From: a virus
Taxonomy: Duplodnaviria > Caudoviricetes
Length of the DNA stretch: 64,000 bases
Strand: one strand, 5' to 3'
IMG/VR virus record: IMGVR_UViG_2634166398_000003
Location: 3,548-67,547 of that record
Shown here: positions 10,127-19,937 of the stretch, one piece after another
How positions within the stretch are numbered: position 1 is the first letter of the stretch
Layout of the letters: each line of letters opens with the position of its first letter
Program-made: the position numbers and the translations under genes
Notes under the pieces: model-generated
What the model was told of the DNA's origin: nothing
What the model saw: the letters and a program-made list of their open reading frames with translations, nothing else
The model's database searches: none

Positions 10127-10681
10127 TTATTCGCTACCAGAGCCAGAAGAGGTACCGGCCGTTTCATCGCCCATAATAAAAAGATCGCCCTCTCCCATCG
10201 TGTCCGGATAACCGGTAAACGTTAGGTTAGCGATCCTCTCATTATCGGAATCATAGGTATACTCGATGTCAGTCGACGCACCAGCTAACGGAATCGTGAG
10301 CCAGTCGTTGGCCGTCGCTTCTGGATCTGTCGGCTTAATTCGTAAAGGCTTCGCGTCCTTCAGCAAGTCATATCCGGCTTTACCGCTGACTACAAGCTTC
10401 TTTTTGTCTCCGTCAGACACGTACTTACTGTTCGGAACCGCCTTATGAATCTTTTCTAAATCATAGATTGCAAACGGTACGGTACATTCGCAAGTTCCGC
10501 CCTTTGTCCGTGAGCCTACAATCGAGTCACCGTATTGGTCGACCGTTGTATCCTGCTTAGACATCTGCGCCTTAAAAACGATGCCGCCCTTCGTGATGTC
10601 AAACGTCACCATATCCTTACCCTCGCCGTACTCGACGATTGCGGGGCCGATAGGAACTTGAATCGTTTTAATTCCAGCCAT
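10127..10681 (-). CDS. Major tail (tube) protein
   Basis: Size, position and GPAIVEYG...TKGGIVF pattern of siphovirus tube proteins. Confidence 0.8.
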   Translation of the reverse strand: MAGIKTIQVPIGPAIVEYGEGKDMVTFDITKGGIVFKAQMSKQDTTVDQYGDSIVGSRTKGGTCECTVPFAIYDLEKIHKAVPNSKYVSDGDKKKLVVSGKAGYDLLKDAKPLRIKPTDPEATANDWLTIPLAGASTDIEYTYDSDNERIANLTFTGYPDTMGEGDLFIMGDETAGTSSGSGSE

Positions 10682-10705
10682 CCGTTTTCCTCCTTTATTT
10701 TTGCA

Positions 10706-11095
10706 TTAAAAAAGCGCCCGGTCAGGGCGCACTACACAATCGAAATTTAACGAGTATTGGGGACGATCATTGTCGTCGTATCCGATAAATAACGGCACCG
10801 AATTGGCCGCGCGGATAACAACGATTGAGCTATTACCGATAAACACTTCACGGAGATTCGTTAACGCTTCCTGAAGCTGATACGCTTTCTCTTCGCAGTC
10901 AGCGTCGCCCCTTGCCTTTCCTCGTACGATTATTTGAAACGACGGCTGACTCTTTCCGGTCCATTGAGACGGAGGAAATCCGCCTGTAAATCGCACATAA
11001 GTACATTCGTCTGCAGCATTCCGCGGGAATCCGTTTGCGTAATAAACGCCGTCAACCCGCGACTGTATGAACGAGATTAATTCGGTTATCTTCAA
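10706..11095 (-). CDS. Tail terminator / minor capsid-type protein
   Basis: PSFQIIVRG and IGYDDNDRPQYSLNF motifs; gene order. Confidence 0.75.
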   Translation of the reverse strand: MKITELISFIQSRVDGVYYANGFPRNAADECTYVRFTGGFPPSQWTGKSQPSFQIIVRGKARGDADCEEKAYQLQEALTNLREVFIGNSSIVVIRAANSVPLFIGYDDNDRPQYSLNFDCVVRPDRALF

Positions 11096-11101
11096 CGATT
11101 A

Positions 11102-11509
11102 TCACAACTCCCTTCTCACCGCGTCTGCTACGTGATTAATATATTTCTGTGATTCACCTTTCAGCGGACGTTCCAGATATTTATTACCGACCGGATAGCC
11201 GCTAATGTCGCCGGCACTTGCCGAATTCGGTCCGAGTTTGTATTCCGCTTCGTGGGTCCATAGCGCATAGTTAAAGCCTTTATCAACGGCCCGGAACGAT
11301 ACTTCACCGATCAAACTATCGCGCTTTAACGTAACCTTCTTTTTCATGCCGCGACGGAGCGTAGCTTTATCGATCGGGGCGATATTTTGCGCAAGTCTAG
11401 CGAGGTCATCCGTGTTATCATGCATCGCTGTCTTTGCTGCCTGCTCAACGGCTGCCTCTCGGCTATCCAACAACGATAGAAAATCGCCAGCATCCAACGT
11501 AAAACTCAT
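11102..11509 (-). CDS. HK97 gp10-like tail completion protein
   Basis: AQNIAPIDKATLRR, YALWTHE and KYLERPL motifs. Confidence 0.75.
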   Translation of the reverse strand: MSFTLDAGDFLSLLDSREAAVEQAAKTAMHDNTDDLARLAQNIAPIDKATLRRGMKKKVTLKRDSLIGEVSFRAVDKGFNYALWTHEAEYKLGPNSASAGDISGYPVGNKYLERPLKGESQKYINHVADAVRREL

Positions 11510-11841
11510 ACGATTACCTCGGTCAGAATCGGCTTACCGCTGACATGCCGTTTCACATTTATTTCCTTCGGCTTACGCTCAATAGTTTCGCCCAGCTCGT
11601 TCGTGAACGCGAGTGTATCCGTATACCTGATGTCGGCTAATTTATCGACCAAGATGCGCGCCGTGGCTACGACTTCCTCGCTCTTCACAACGCCGGAAGA
11701 ACGTGAATTCGCAATAGTAGATCCTTCGTCGATTCGGCACTTAATTTCGAACGGCTCGACGTTCACAGGGTTTCCCCACACGTCTATTTCATCTGAAGCA
11801 CGAGTAACGGTCACGGGCTGACGCATTGGTATGATCGCCAA
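11506..11841 (-). CDS. Head closure (stopper) protein
   Basis: Gene order; DVWGNPV motif. Confidence 0.6.
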   Translation of the reverse strand: MAIIPMRQPVTVTRASDEIDVWGNPVNVEPFEIKCRIDEGSTIANSRSSGVVKSEEVVATARILVDKLADIRYTDTLAFTNELGETIERKPKEINVKRHVSGKPILTEVIV

Positions 11842-12228
11842 TTACATCACCGTCGCTTTTACGGTCCGGCCGCTAAGTTTTACGTCGTTCGCTTCTTCGA
11901 TCAGGTCGATTGTCTTTTTCGGTATGAGAGACTCATCGTCAGCTCGAAGCGTTTCCTTATACGTAAACGACCCGACGCCGGTGATTGAGTAAGACGCGAT
12001 ACCATGCTTATTCAGGCGGTTCGTATCGTTATAAGCAGTCGCAAGCACATTCGTAAACTCGTAAACTGCGTCGTCAGGAATGACGTACTTACGAAACTTT
12101 CGAGACAAGACGTCCTCGGCTACGTTTAGTACACGCTGCTGCTTTGCGGCGTCATAGTCGTTCCAATCCTCGTTATCGATTGTCATTCGGTTAATATATT
12201 CGTTTGCAGCTTCTACGCTTAAAGCCAT
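11842..12228 (-). CDS. Head-tail adaptor protein
   Basis: Gene order; SVEAANEY start and GIASYSITG motif; ATG at 12228 after GGAGG. Confidence 0.65.
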   Translation of the reverse strand: MALSVEAANEYINRMTIDNEDWNDYDAAKQQRVLNVAEDVLSRKFRKYVIPDDAVYEFTNVLATAYNDTNRLNKHGIASYSITGVGSFTYKETLRADDESLIPKKTIDLIEEANDVKLSGRTVKATVM

Positions 12229-12242
12229 ACGCACAGCCCTCC

Positions 12243-12461
12243 TTATTTTCCGGAGGACTTACGTGCAGGCTTTTTCGGCGCCTTAGCCTCCGCCTTTTCC
12301 GTCTCATCGTCTGACGCAATACAGCTAATCCATCGCGGACATAATGCATTCAACTGCTTAGTTTCGGCCGGAACATCGGTTTCGTAAACGCCTTTATGGT
12401 CGAAAACGATCGTCTGGTCGGTGCCTACGGAATAAAACGGTGAAGCCTTATAGACGGCCAT
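12243..12461 (-). CDS. Small head-module hypothetical protein
   Basis: 72 aa ORF coupled to neighbours, Lys/Ala-rich C-terminus. Confidence 0.6.
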   Translation of the reverse strand: MAVYKASPFYSVGTDQTIVFDHKGVYETDVPAETKQLNALCPRWISCIASDDETEKAEAKAPKKPARKSSGK

Positions 12462-12463
12462 TA

Positions 12464-12718
12464 TTACGAGCCAGCTCCCTCTAACGCTTTAAGCCGCGCG
12501 ATGATGTCGTCATACTGCGCCTTGGTTCCGAACCCGTCCGCTCCTTTTGGTCCGGTATCGCCTTTCGGTCCTTGAGGTCCAGTGTCCCCTTTATCGCCTT
12601 TCGGACCAGCCGTGCCTCCGCCTTCCTGTAATTCCTTAATTATGTCGCCGAGCTTTAGATCGTTGGCGACTGGCATAGATTCATTTAATCTCCGTTTCTG
12701 ATCATCTGTAATTGCCAT
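12464..12718 (-). CDS. Collagen-repeat head decoration / fibre protein
   Basis: GPKGDKGDTGPQGPKGDTGPKGAD Gly-X-Y run directly after the capsid gene. Confidence 0.7.
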   Translation of the reverse strand: MAITDDQKRRLNESMPVANDLKLGDIIKELQEGGGTAGPKGDKGDTGPQGPKGDTGPKGADGFGTKAQYDDIIARLKALEGAGS

Positions 12719-12738
12719 TGTTGGCCTCCTTTCAAATT

Positions 12739-12761
12739 AAAAAGACGGGCCGAAGCCCGTC
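12739..12761 (-). terminator. Intrinsic terminator after major capsid gene
   Basis: GACGGGC-TTCG-GCCCGTC followed by T5. Confidence 0.8.
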
Positions 12762-12769
12762 GATTTCCA

Positions 12770-13873
12770 TTAAGATACAGTTGTCGAGATATTTTCAAGG
12801 ATGGCGATTTTTTCGTTCGCGTTTTTGATCTTGATTCCGTATTCGCCACGGATCTGGCGCGCAACAAAATCAGCTCCCGGAACTGTGGCATCCTCGTCGT
12901 AGACAGAGCGCTCGCTCAATGGATGCAGAGAGAGAATGTTACGGTCAAACAAAGCGATTTTGTTCTTAGGGAAGTTTGGATCGACGATTACAGTCGCCTC
13001 GCCTCCGCCTACCATGTCAGAAACAAAGGTGCTCACTCTGTGGCCTGTAACTGTGTCCGTTCTCTCTGTGCGGATAGTATCTTTCGCCAATTTTGAAATT
13101 TGACGAGCTCCCGCAGTATTGGTGAGAATCGTGTTAGCAGATCCGCCTCTTAAATAAACTTGTTCCATAACATCGTTAATTGCCTTAGCTCCAACCTCTT
13201 CGCCTTTTAAGTTAGCTCTAGTAGCATTTTTCAAGCTAGCGAAGTGTAGAAGACCACCCGTTGTACGAGGCTTACCGTCAATTCTGCGGCCATAGATCAA
13301 CCAGTCGTTAAATTCCCGCGCCATCTCTTTAAGACGTAGCTTTACTTGGTAGTCAAGCTCACTCGTCACATTGTGTGTGCGGACCGCTTGTTGGGTTTTT
13401 GATACAGCAGCATACCTTTCGATAATTTGCGTGAAGTTGTAATCTACATAACGGTCATGACCTTCATCGATACCGACACCAGCGCCTTCATTTTGCGGAC
13501 GGGAAACGATGCGCAGCTCAGAGCCCGCCTTGATTTCCTCTTGAACTGTTCCGTCAAATCCGCGAACAACCGTCAGCACATCGCCGGACACGTTTGTGAC
13601 TTTCAGATACTCTTCGCCAATAACAACGATGGCATCTTTACGGAACTTCTCCCCGTCATCTTCCGCCACAGTAATTTTTCCGTCTTCCGCTACCGATTTA
13701 ACAGTCGCGAGGTTTGAGTTCAGTCGGTCAGACATCCACTCGAATTTAGTCTGATAAAGTGCCTCTCCGTTTAAGCCGATCAGACCAAGCAACGTTGGTT
13801 CATCCTGAATAATAAGTTCAATCCCCGCATCAAGCTGCCGTACCTGATCTTTAAAATCGTAACTAGTTAACAT
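12770..13873 (-). CDS. Major capsid protein (DUF5309/SU10-like)
   Basis: 367 aa after scaffold; KFEWMSD, NFTQII, RTTGGL and QIRGEYGI motifs. Confidence 0.85.
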   Translation of the reverse strand: MLTSYDFKDQVRQLDAGIELIIQDEPTLLGLIGLNGEALYQTKFEWMSDRLNSNLATVKSVAEDGKITVAEDDGEKFRKDAIVVIGEEYLKVTNVSGDVLTVVRGFDGTVQEEIKAGSELRIVSRPQNEGAGVGIDEGHDRYVDYNFTQIIERYAAVSKTQQAVRTHNVTSELDYQVKLRLKEMAREFNDWLIYGRRIDGKPRTTGGLLHFASLKNATRANLKGEEVGAKAINDVMEQVYLRGGSANTILTNTAGARQISKLAKDTIRTERTDTVTGHRVSTFVSDMVGGGEATVIVDPNFPKNKIALFDRNILSLHPLSERSVYDEDATVPGADFVARQIRGEYGIKIKNANEKIAILENISTTVS

Positions 13874-13884
13874 TTATTTTCCCC

Positions 13885-14556
13885 CTACTTCTTCAAAAGT
13901 GATTTCAATTTGTTTGAAAGCTCGATAACCTTCGAAAAATTCTTTTCTTTCCTTGCTTCGCTTAGCTGCGCTTCTAACGTCTTGATTTCTCCGCCGTCTC
14001 CGTCTCCTCCGCTATTAGAGGGTTGGCCGATCGGCTTCAGCGTTTGCTGTTTCGCAACCAAGTATGGTTTATTGTCAACGAGCCCCTTTACAACGTCCTC
14101 CATGCCGATTACTTTTCCGTCCTCAACCTTTACCGCGGATAGGTCAGCCAGACGTAAAGCGTCGTCAATGTAGGCGATGCCGTTGCTCGTAGCAACCTTG
14201 ATAAATTCGTTCGCCACTTTTTCCTGTTCAGCAGCCGCTTTTAAATCTTCGATCTGCTTTACGAAGGCGGCTTCAGCTTCGGCCTTTTCGTCGAGCTGTT
14301 TCGTAAGCTTTTCCAGCTCGGTCATTTCCGCCTCTTCTCGCTCTTTCTGGGCTTTTTCGTAATCGCTGAGTTTCGCCTTTACTTCGTCATAGTCAGCGTA
14401 CTTGTTCTTAACGCGCCCCTTTTCGCGAGCAATTACAGCGTTAAATTCCTCTTGCGTCATAGTCACCGTCTGCGCTTCAGGTTTATTTTCCGGCACCTCA
14501 GCCGTAGTTTGATCGGTAACCTCGCTTGTTTGCGTTTCTTTAAGTTCTTCGCTCAT
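13885..14556 (-). CDS. Capsid scaffolding protein
   Basis: Acidic coiled coil, TQEEFNAVI and KPYLV motifs, upstream of capsid gene. Confidence 0.8.
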   Translation of the reverse strand: MSEELKETQTSEVTDQTTAEVPENKPEAQTVTMTQEEFNAVIAREKGRVKNKYADYDEVKAKLSDYEKAQKEREEAEMTELEKLTKQLDEKAEAEAAFVKQIEDLKAAAEQEKVANEFIKVATSNGIAYIDDALRLADLSAVKVEDGKVIGMEDVVKGLVDNKPYLVAKQQTLKPIGQPSNSGGDGDGGEIKTLEAQLSEARKEKNFSKVIELSNKLKSLLKK

Positions 14557-14645
14557 ACAGTCCCTCCACCGCTTAAAGCCCGTCGGCTATTGAGTGATGC
14601 AGCCGTTTCTTTTAACGTCATAACGTTCGGACAAAATAAAAAGCG

Positions 14646-15470
14646 CTACACGGCGCTTGATGGGTTTCTTATTGTGGAAATTACGTGCTTACAACGCGGA
14701 TGAAATATCTCACCGGTCGCTTTGAGTTCGTCATATGTCGGATAATTGCCGGGAGCGTCGTCGGTCAGCTTAATGATTTGTCCCTCGTGGAGACGGCATA
14801 GATCCTTCGCTCCGTGCGACGAAATTTGCGCATAATAAGCTCCGCGGCTTACCGCCTCATTCGTATGAGCTTCCCGGTAGGTTTCCATCATCTTTGTACG
14901 GACGACCATGTCCGCATACACTTCCGGCTTCCATCGATTTCCCCTCGCGTCAATAATGCCGGTATTCACCGAAGCCCGAAGAGACTTGCGCACCAGATCC
15001 GTTATGCTCCGCCGTCCGTTCGTCCCTTTGGTCATATTAAGCCGCATCGAATCCGAAACGGCTTTCCTCACGGCGGCCCGCGTCTTCCTATCGACGTTTT
15101 GCGTAATTGCTAATAAATCCGACTGCGTATCCGCTACAGCAGCCGCAACCATGTACTCGTTTACCTCGTTAAAAGCAACGACCTTTTCCGCGCCCGCCAC
15201 CGTCTTTGCTACGTCCAGAGCGACCAGTGCACGCGCAATACCATCGGTGGCCGCCTTCGGCACATTCTTTTTGACCCATGCGGAAGATTTTTCGTCTAAA
15301 TCGCTGAGGATCTCGCTAATAGATTTCAAGGTCGCCAACGCGTTAGCCCTTCGAAAATTATCGAGGTCAATTCGTTCAAGCTCCGCCAAAATGTCTCGGA
15401 CCGCTTCCTGATAATACCCGGCAAGTCGATTCGTCTGATAATCGTATTGAGGCTCAGGAGAACGAGGCAT
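14646..15470 (-). CDS. Minor capsid / head morphogenesis protein
   Basis: DARGNRW...YADMVVRT, ISSHG and FHPRCKH motifs. Confidence 0.85.
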   Translation of the reverse strand: MPRSPEPQYDYQTNRLAGYYQEAVRDILAELERIDLDNFRRANALATLKSISEILSDLDEKSSAWVKKNVPKAATDGIARALVALDVAKTVAGAEKVVAFNEVNEYMVAAAVADTQSDLLAITQNVDRKTRAAVRKAVSDSMRLNMTKGTNGRRSITDLVRKSLRASVNTGIIDARGNRWKPEVYADMVVRTKMMETYREAHTNEAVSRGAYYAQISSHGAKDLCRLHEGQIIKLTDDAPGNYPTYDELKATGEIFHPRCKHVISTIRNPSSAV

Positions 15471-17101
15471 TAACTATCGTCCTCCTCTGTGATTTCCTCT
15501 TTATCCTCGTCTGAAGGGCTCTTTTCCGATTCTTCCTTGTTGAAAATCGATCCGTCAACAAAGCCGCTCGTCGTTTTTTCGTCTTCTTCAATGCGGCGAA
15601 TAATTTCGTCAGCTTTCTCGTCGTCCACATCGTCCTGCTGTTTAATGGCTCCGCGAACATCAATCGTAGGCTTGCCGCCTGTACGGATTTGCATAATTTC
15701 GGCGAGCTCTTTTTCATTCTTCGGAAGTCCGTCGCTCCAAATAGCCCGCGGATAAACCGCATTTTCAACGTCGATGACACCGACTGCTTTTTCGAGCAGC
15801 ATACACGTCCAAAGGGCGTCTCTTACCGCTCGGTCATAGTGCGCCCGTATCCGCTTTACCTTCGAAAGAATCGGCATGAAGCGAGCTTTGATCGCCACAC
15901 CGTCTGTATGCGACGTGCCTGTTCCGCCTGAATTGTCTCCGGACATTGTTGTTCCGAAAAGCCATTGCGGAGTCTCAGACATCTGAAAGACAATACTCAA
16001 TAGCATGTCGAGCTGTTTGAACGCGGCATCAAGCTGAGCCTGCCACACCATATATCCGGGCGTTGGGTCGTCTTTATTTACCGGAATGTATTTGCCACCA
16101 AACTGAACGGCTCCGTTAGTTGCTTCTAAATCCGGACCGTACGCTGTGGGGTCACTGTGTTTCCAAAGAATATAATCGATCTGAACAAGCCGGTCGTTGA
16201 TCGCTGCGAATACCGTTTCAATCTTCTCCAATCCACCAATACCGAAATAACTGTCATCAATAGACTTGTACGGGATGTGAAATACCGGAATGTGCGGGAG
16301 GAATGTTTCTTCGTGGTCTTCTTCGCGGCCCGTCGACACCTCTTCGCCTATATTGAAAACGCTGATTGGGGCGCCACCTGAAACATCGACGCCATTCTGA
16401 TATAGTCTGTAGCGCGTATAGAAGATGTGTCCCGGTATATGGCGCTCTACGTTTAGGAAAGGAATTTCCGTCTTCTCCGTCTCTACCCATTCGACTTGGG
16501 CTATATTGACCGCTTTGATCTGCTTAACGTTTCCGGCTGAAAACTCAGGAAAAACGCAATTCGCATTAACATGCTCAACAACGGCCTCCATTTTCGCGTC
16601 TTCCGGAACCTCTAAGCCCATCGCGACGAGCTCGGAATAGTCTTGTCGGTAACCAAACCGCACTTTAATCCACGCGTCGCCTCGATATCCGTTCGACATG
16701 GCGCTCTCGTGCAGCAGTTGGTTGAGGTCGTTTTCTTCTACGTATCTGTTGAGCGCTGTTTGCTCTTTGCTAGTGTCATCCAGCCCGCTCTCAAAATGAA
16801 CAGGTTCTCCGACGAGCATATCCGCGGGCTTGGTGACGAGTATGTCCGCCAAATTAACCGCGATGTAGAGCTTTTCGAGCTGTTTCGATTGTGGCGAATC
16901 TTTTAATATGTCCGTAGCCCTTTCGTACACGTCTCGGTGCTTTCCTTCGAAGAGCTTACGCATACGCTTATACTTCGCCAACCTCTCGATTGAATCATCC
17001 GGAGGAAATTGCGCGCCTTCCCGAATGATACTGTATGTCTTTTTGACTGTGTATTCATCCGAAGGCTGGTCGTGTTTCTTTAGTAAGTTGAAAAACCCCA
17101 A
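15470..17101 (-). CDS. Portal protein (SPP1 gp6-like)
   Basis: 543 aa; size, position and acidic C-terminus. Confidence 0.85.
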   Translation of the reverse strand: MGFFNLLKKHDQPSDEYTVKKTYSIIREGAQFPPDDSIERLAKYKRMRKLFEGKHRDVYERATDILKDSPQSKQLEKLYIAVNLADILVTKPADMLVGEPVHFESGLDDTSKEQTALNRYVEENDLNQLLHESAMSNGYRGDAWIKVRFGYRQDYSELVAMGLEVPEDAKMEAVVEHVNANCVFPEFSAGNVKQIKAVNIAQVEWVETEKTEIPFLNVERHIPGHIFYTRYRLYQNGVDVSGGAPISVFNIGEEVSTGREEDHEETFLPHIPVFHIPYKSIDDSYFGIGGLEKIETVFAAINDRLVQIDYILWKHSDPTAYGPDLEATNGAVQFGGKYIPVNKDDPTPGYMVWQAQLDAAFKQLDMLLSIVFQMSETPQWLFGTTMSGDNSGGTGTSHTDGVAIKARFMPILSKVKRIRAHYDRAVRDALWTCMLLEKAVGVIDVENAVYPRAIWSDGLPKNEKELAEIMQIRTGGKPTIDVRGAIKQQDDVDDEKADEIIRRIEEDEKTTSGFVDGSIFNKEESEKSPSDEDKEEITEEDDS

Positions 17102-17103
17102 CG

Positions 17104-17535
17104 CTATTCCTCCTCTCCGATAATGTCAGCCAGTTCTTCGAGTTCCTTCTCGATATCTTCGTTACTGCGGGCGCCTCCGTCAGCTTCATTGGTCGTTATC
17201 TGACGATCGGTCAACAATCCGTGACGACGCATGAACAAGTCGATAGCTTTAACTGAAGGCTGCGGTCCTTTTATCAGCTTTAGGAGCTGCCCGTATACTT
17301 CGGACCGGTGCCCGGAAAGCATGTCGTCCGCTAATATGTTCATGTATTCGATGAATATCGGATTTTGAAACCGCCATCGATAGAGCGTCATACGACTTAC
17401 GCCGATTTCTTCGGCCAGCGCGTCCTGACTTCGTTTGTTCCCGTCTTCGGGTGTGACTTCATTACTCGCAACGACTTGCGCTGCCTTACGTTGCTGAAGC
17501 GTTAGTTTTGCTTCGAGCTCTTTCATCCGCGACAT
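17104..17535 (-). CDS. HTH protein, probable terminase small subunit
   Basis: SQDALAEEIGVSRMTLYRW HTH and PSVKAIDLF motif; lies between terL and portal. Confidence 0.7.
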   Translation of the reverse strand: MSRMKELEAKLTLQQRKAAQVVASNEVTPEDGNKRSQDALAEEIGVSRMTLYRWRFQNPIFIEYMNILADDMLSGHRSEVYGQLLKLIKGPQPSVKAIDLFMRRHGLLTDRQITTNEADGGARSNEDIEKELEELADIIGEEE

Positions 17536-17551
17536 TTTATCGCCTCCTTTC

Positions 17552-19306
17552 TTATAGCCATCCCGGCTTCTTCACCAGCCTTGTTTTCGGCCTGAATACT
17601 GATTCGAGCGCCTGCTGAAGCGCGTCGAGTGAATCAACGTAATCGCCGAAAGGATACTGCGCCATCTGATCGAGAAGCATCGTGTGCCTATCGTTCAGAA
17701 TCAGCGTTTTGTTATGCAACATCGGCTCCATCGACTGAATACGCTCGTCTTTCGAAGATTTATGCGATTTCACATCGTTCACGCGGCACGTATAAAGACC
17801 TTCCTGCCGGACCCGCTCCTGAAGCTGACGATAGTATTCGTGCTGCGCGTTTATTGTTTCGACGTTGAAGGAACGATGCCGGTATTGTTTGATCTTCCGA
17901 ATAATGACGTCAATGTATACGTGCGCCGGCTCCTTCGACGCGTATTCATCGAGTACGAAAATGTATCCGGTCGGCTCGTGTTTGCCGAGCGTAATAACCG
18001 AGTTGTAGCAAGACCTCGCATTCTTACCCTGCGCGATATCCCACGCGCCAACAATTAGAAGATCGCTGACCGGTATTTTTAATTCGTTGTACACGACGTA
18101 TGCTGTTCCGTTCTCGTGGTAGTAGTGATAGTAAGCGTAGTTATCCGGGAAGAAGAACTGCTCGTCTTCACTGAAAGCCAAGTTTCGGAATTCCGAATTG
18201 TATGCTCGCGTCCCCATGTTTACTTTTTCGTGCATAAGCTCTCGATAGGTCCAGCGCCAAGGCCACGCCAGTTCGACGCCGTCCTCCAACGCCTCTTTAT
18301 GAGCTTCGTAAAATTCGTCAGCCTCTTCGATCGTTTCTGCTCTCGCATAGACCTCGCAGTATTTGTCCCATAATTCCGGGTGTGTTGGCTCGCTTATGAT
18401 CGCTCCGTGAAAGCTCGCCTTGAAATCCTTACGCTTCAGAACGTGGTTAAGAAGCCCGGTCGCCGAAACCATTGTCCCGACTAACACGATTGCCGTCGCC
18501 TTGGACCCGATCGGAACGACGACGGAGTTAAACCAATGAACGAGCTTTTCACGCGCTTCCTTGGTTCCTTCGTTGTTTGTCGATGACGGGTCGTCAATTA
18601 TTACGAGATCCGGCCGGACAGCTCCGTGTCTTTTACCGCGAAGCTGCTTACCCGAGGATGACGACTCGATAAGGATATTCGTCGTTGTAATGAACGCCTC
18701 TTCGTTATCCTTTTCGTTGCGGCTTGCCGACTCGTGCATCATAGGCCCGAAGTCTTCCCGCAGCTTGGCGTTAAATTTCATTTGCTTGTTAACCCATCCG
18801 ATGAGCTTTTTCGATAGCGAATCCGTCTCTGATATCACGAGAATATATTTGCGCTTTCTATAAGCCGCCTGATGTAACGGCAAAGCGTTCGAAAACATTC
18901 CGGACTTTGAGTGGCCACGAGCTGCCGCGATTGCAAGACGCGCATTCCTTTTTTCTTCGTTGACGTAATCGCAAAGCTCAAAAAACTCTTCGTGTATCTT
19001 CGCGATATCTTCAATGCCATCATGGGGCGTCCCGTCATCAGAGTTCCTTACGACATTATCCTCGTTTTCCGGATTTAGGCCGTCGCTCAAATACTCGTAG
19101 GTGAAATATGCGATATCCACCTCAGCACGATGAACACGCTTCAGCTTAATTAATTCGGCCTTGTTCTTCCGGAACATATCGATATGGTAATCGGTGGCTT
19201 TTTTCGCTTTAATGAGGGCCGCTAATCGGCGCACACTCTCGATCAATAAGTCGATACGCTCCTGTCGCTCTTCACGATCCAACCATTTTCCGTTAATATA
19301 CGCCAA
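17552..19306 (-). CDS. terL: Terminase large subunit
   Basis: AARGHSKS Walker A, LRGKRH...LVIIDD Walker B, C-terminal nuclease (GAWD, DSLDAL); start set at TTG 19306 after AGGAGG. Confidence 0.92.
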   Translation of the reverse strand: MAYINGKWLDREERQERIDLLIESVRRLAALIKAKKATDYHIDMFRKNKAELIKLKRVHRAEVDIAYFTYEYLSDGLNPENEDNVVRNSDDGTPHDGIEDIAKIHEEFFELCDYVNEEKRNARLAIAAARGHSKSGMFSNALPLHQAAYRKRKYILVISETDSLSKKLIGWVNKQMKFNAKLREDFGPMMHESASRNEKDNEEAFITTTNILIESSSSGKQLRGKRHGAVRPDLVIIDDPSSTNNEGTKEAREKLVHWFNSVVVPIGSKATAIVLVGTMVSATGLLNHVLKRKDFKASFHGAIISEPTHPELWDKYCEVYARAETIEEADEFYEAHKEALEDGVELAWPWRWTYRELMHEKVNMGTRAYNSEFRNLAFSEDEQFFFPDNYAYYHYYHENGTAYVVYNELKIPVSDLLIVGAWDIAQGKNARSCYNSVITLGKHEPTGYIFVLDEYASKEPAHVYIDVIIRKIKQYRHRSFNVETINAQHEYYRQLQERVRQEGLYTCRVNDVKSHKSSKDERIQSMEPMLHNKTLILNDRHTMLLDQMAQYPFGDYVDSLDALQQALESVFRPKTRLVKKPGWL

Positions 19307-19325
19307 ATTATCGCCCTCCTTTCGC

Positions 19326-19354
19326 TTGACTTTCGTTTTTAATTTCGTTAATAT
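19326..19354 (+). promoter_or_regulatory. SigA-type promoter for the small recombinase, overlapping an inverted repeat
   Basis: TTGACT-17-TAATAT; AATATG-N7-CATATT at 19350-19368. Confidence 0.55.
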
Positions 19355-19388
19355 GAATTTAACATATTGAGAACGGAGTGAAATTCGA

Positions 19389-19937
19389 ATGAACGAAGTC
19401 CAACCGATTAGAGAAAAACGCCAAATAAACGCAATAAAAAAAGCCCTTCGCGGGCGTGATCTGCTTTTATTTACGCTCGGCATTAATTCCGGCCTACGTA
19501 TTTCCGATATACTCGCACTCAAAGTCGGTGATGTGCGCGGAAAGGACTTCGTTGCGATTACGGAAGGGAAAACGAAGAAGTCAAAACGTTTCTTCTTCAA
19601 TGCCGCAATCAAGAAAGCCGTTGCTGACCTGATTCCGGCCGAAGCAAACGACGACGACTGGCTTTTCCCTTCTCGGAAAGGTTCGAAAGCTATTACCCGC
19701 GTCCGTGCTTACGGGATTCTTAACGAAGCTATTGAGCGCGCAGGCCTTTCAGAGAAGCTCGGCACAATCGGCTGCCATTCGTTGCGTAAGACTTTCGGCT
19801 ACCACGCGTACAAGAACGGCACAGATCTTACGCTACTTCAATCGATTTTCAACCACTCGAAGCAGTCGGTCACGTTGAGATATATCGGAATCAATCAGGA
19901 CCGGATCGACGAAGTATACGCGAATGTTAATCTATAA
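19389..19937 (+). CDS. Small tyrosine recombinase (catalytic domain only, 182 aa)
   Basis: SGLRISD (R), K, HSLRKT (HxxR), FNHS and TLRYI (Y) catalytic residues. Confidence 0.9.
   Translation: MNEVQPIREKRQINAIKKALRGRDLLLFTLGINSGLRISDILALKVGDVRGKDFVAITEGKTKKSKRFFFNAAIKKAVADLIPAEANDDDWLFPSRKGSKAITRVRAYGILNEAIERAGLSEKLGTIGCHSLRKTFGYHAYKNGTDLTLLQSIFNHSKQSVTLRYIGINQDRIDEVYANVNL

Noticed and set aside
523-18863. Numerous short plus-strand and alternative-frame ORFs within the structural genes
   Set aside because: Shadow ORFs of well-supported minus-strand genes, with no SD or recognisable motifs
19307-19612. N-terminal extension of terL in the ORF track
   Set aside because: Mostly the antisense of the recombinase gene; a strong AGGAGG precedes TTG at 19306
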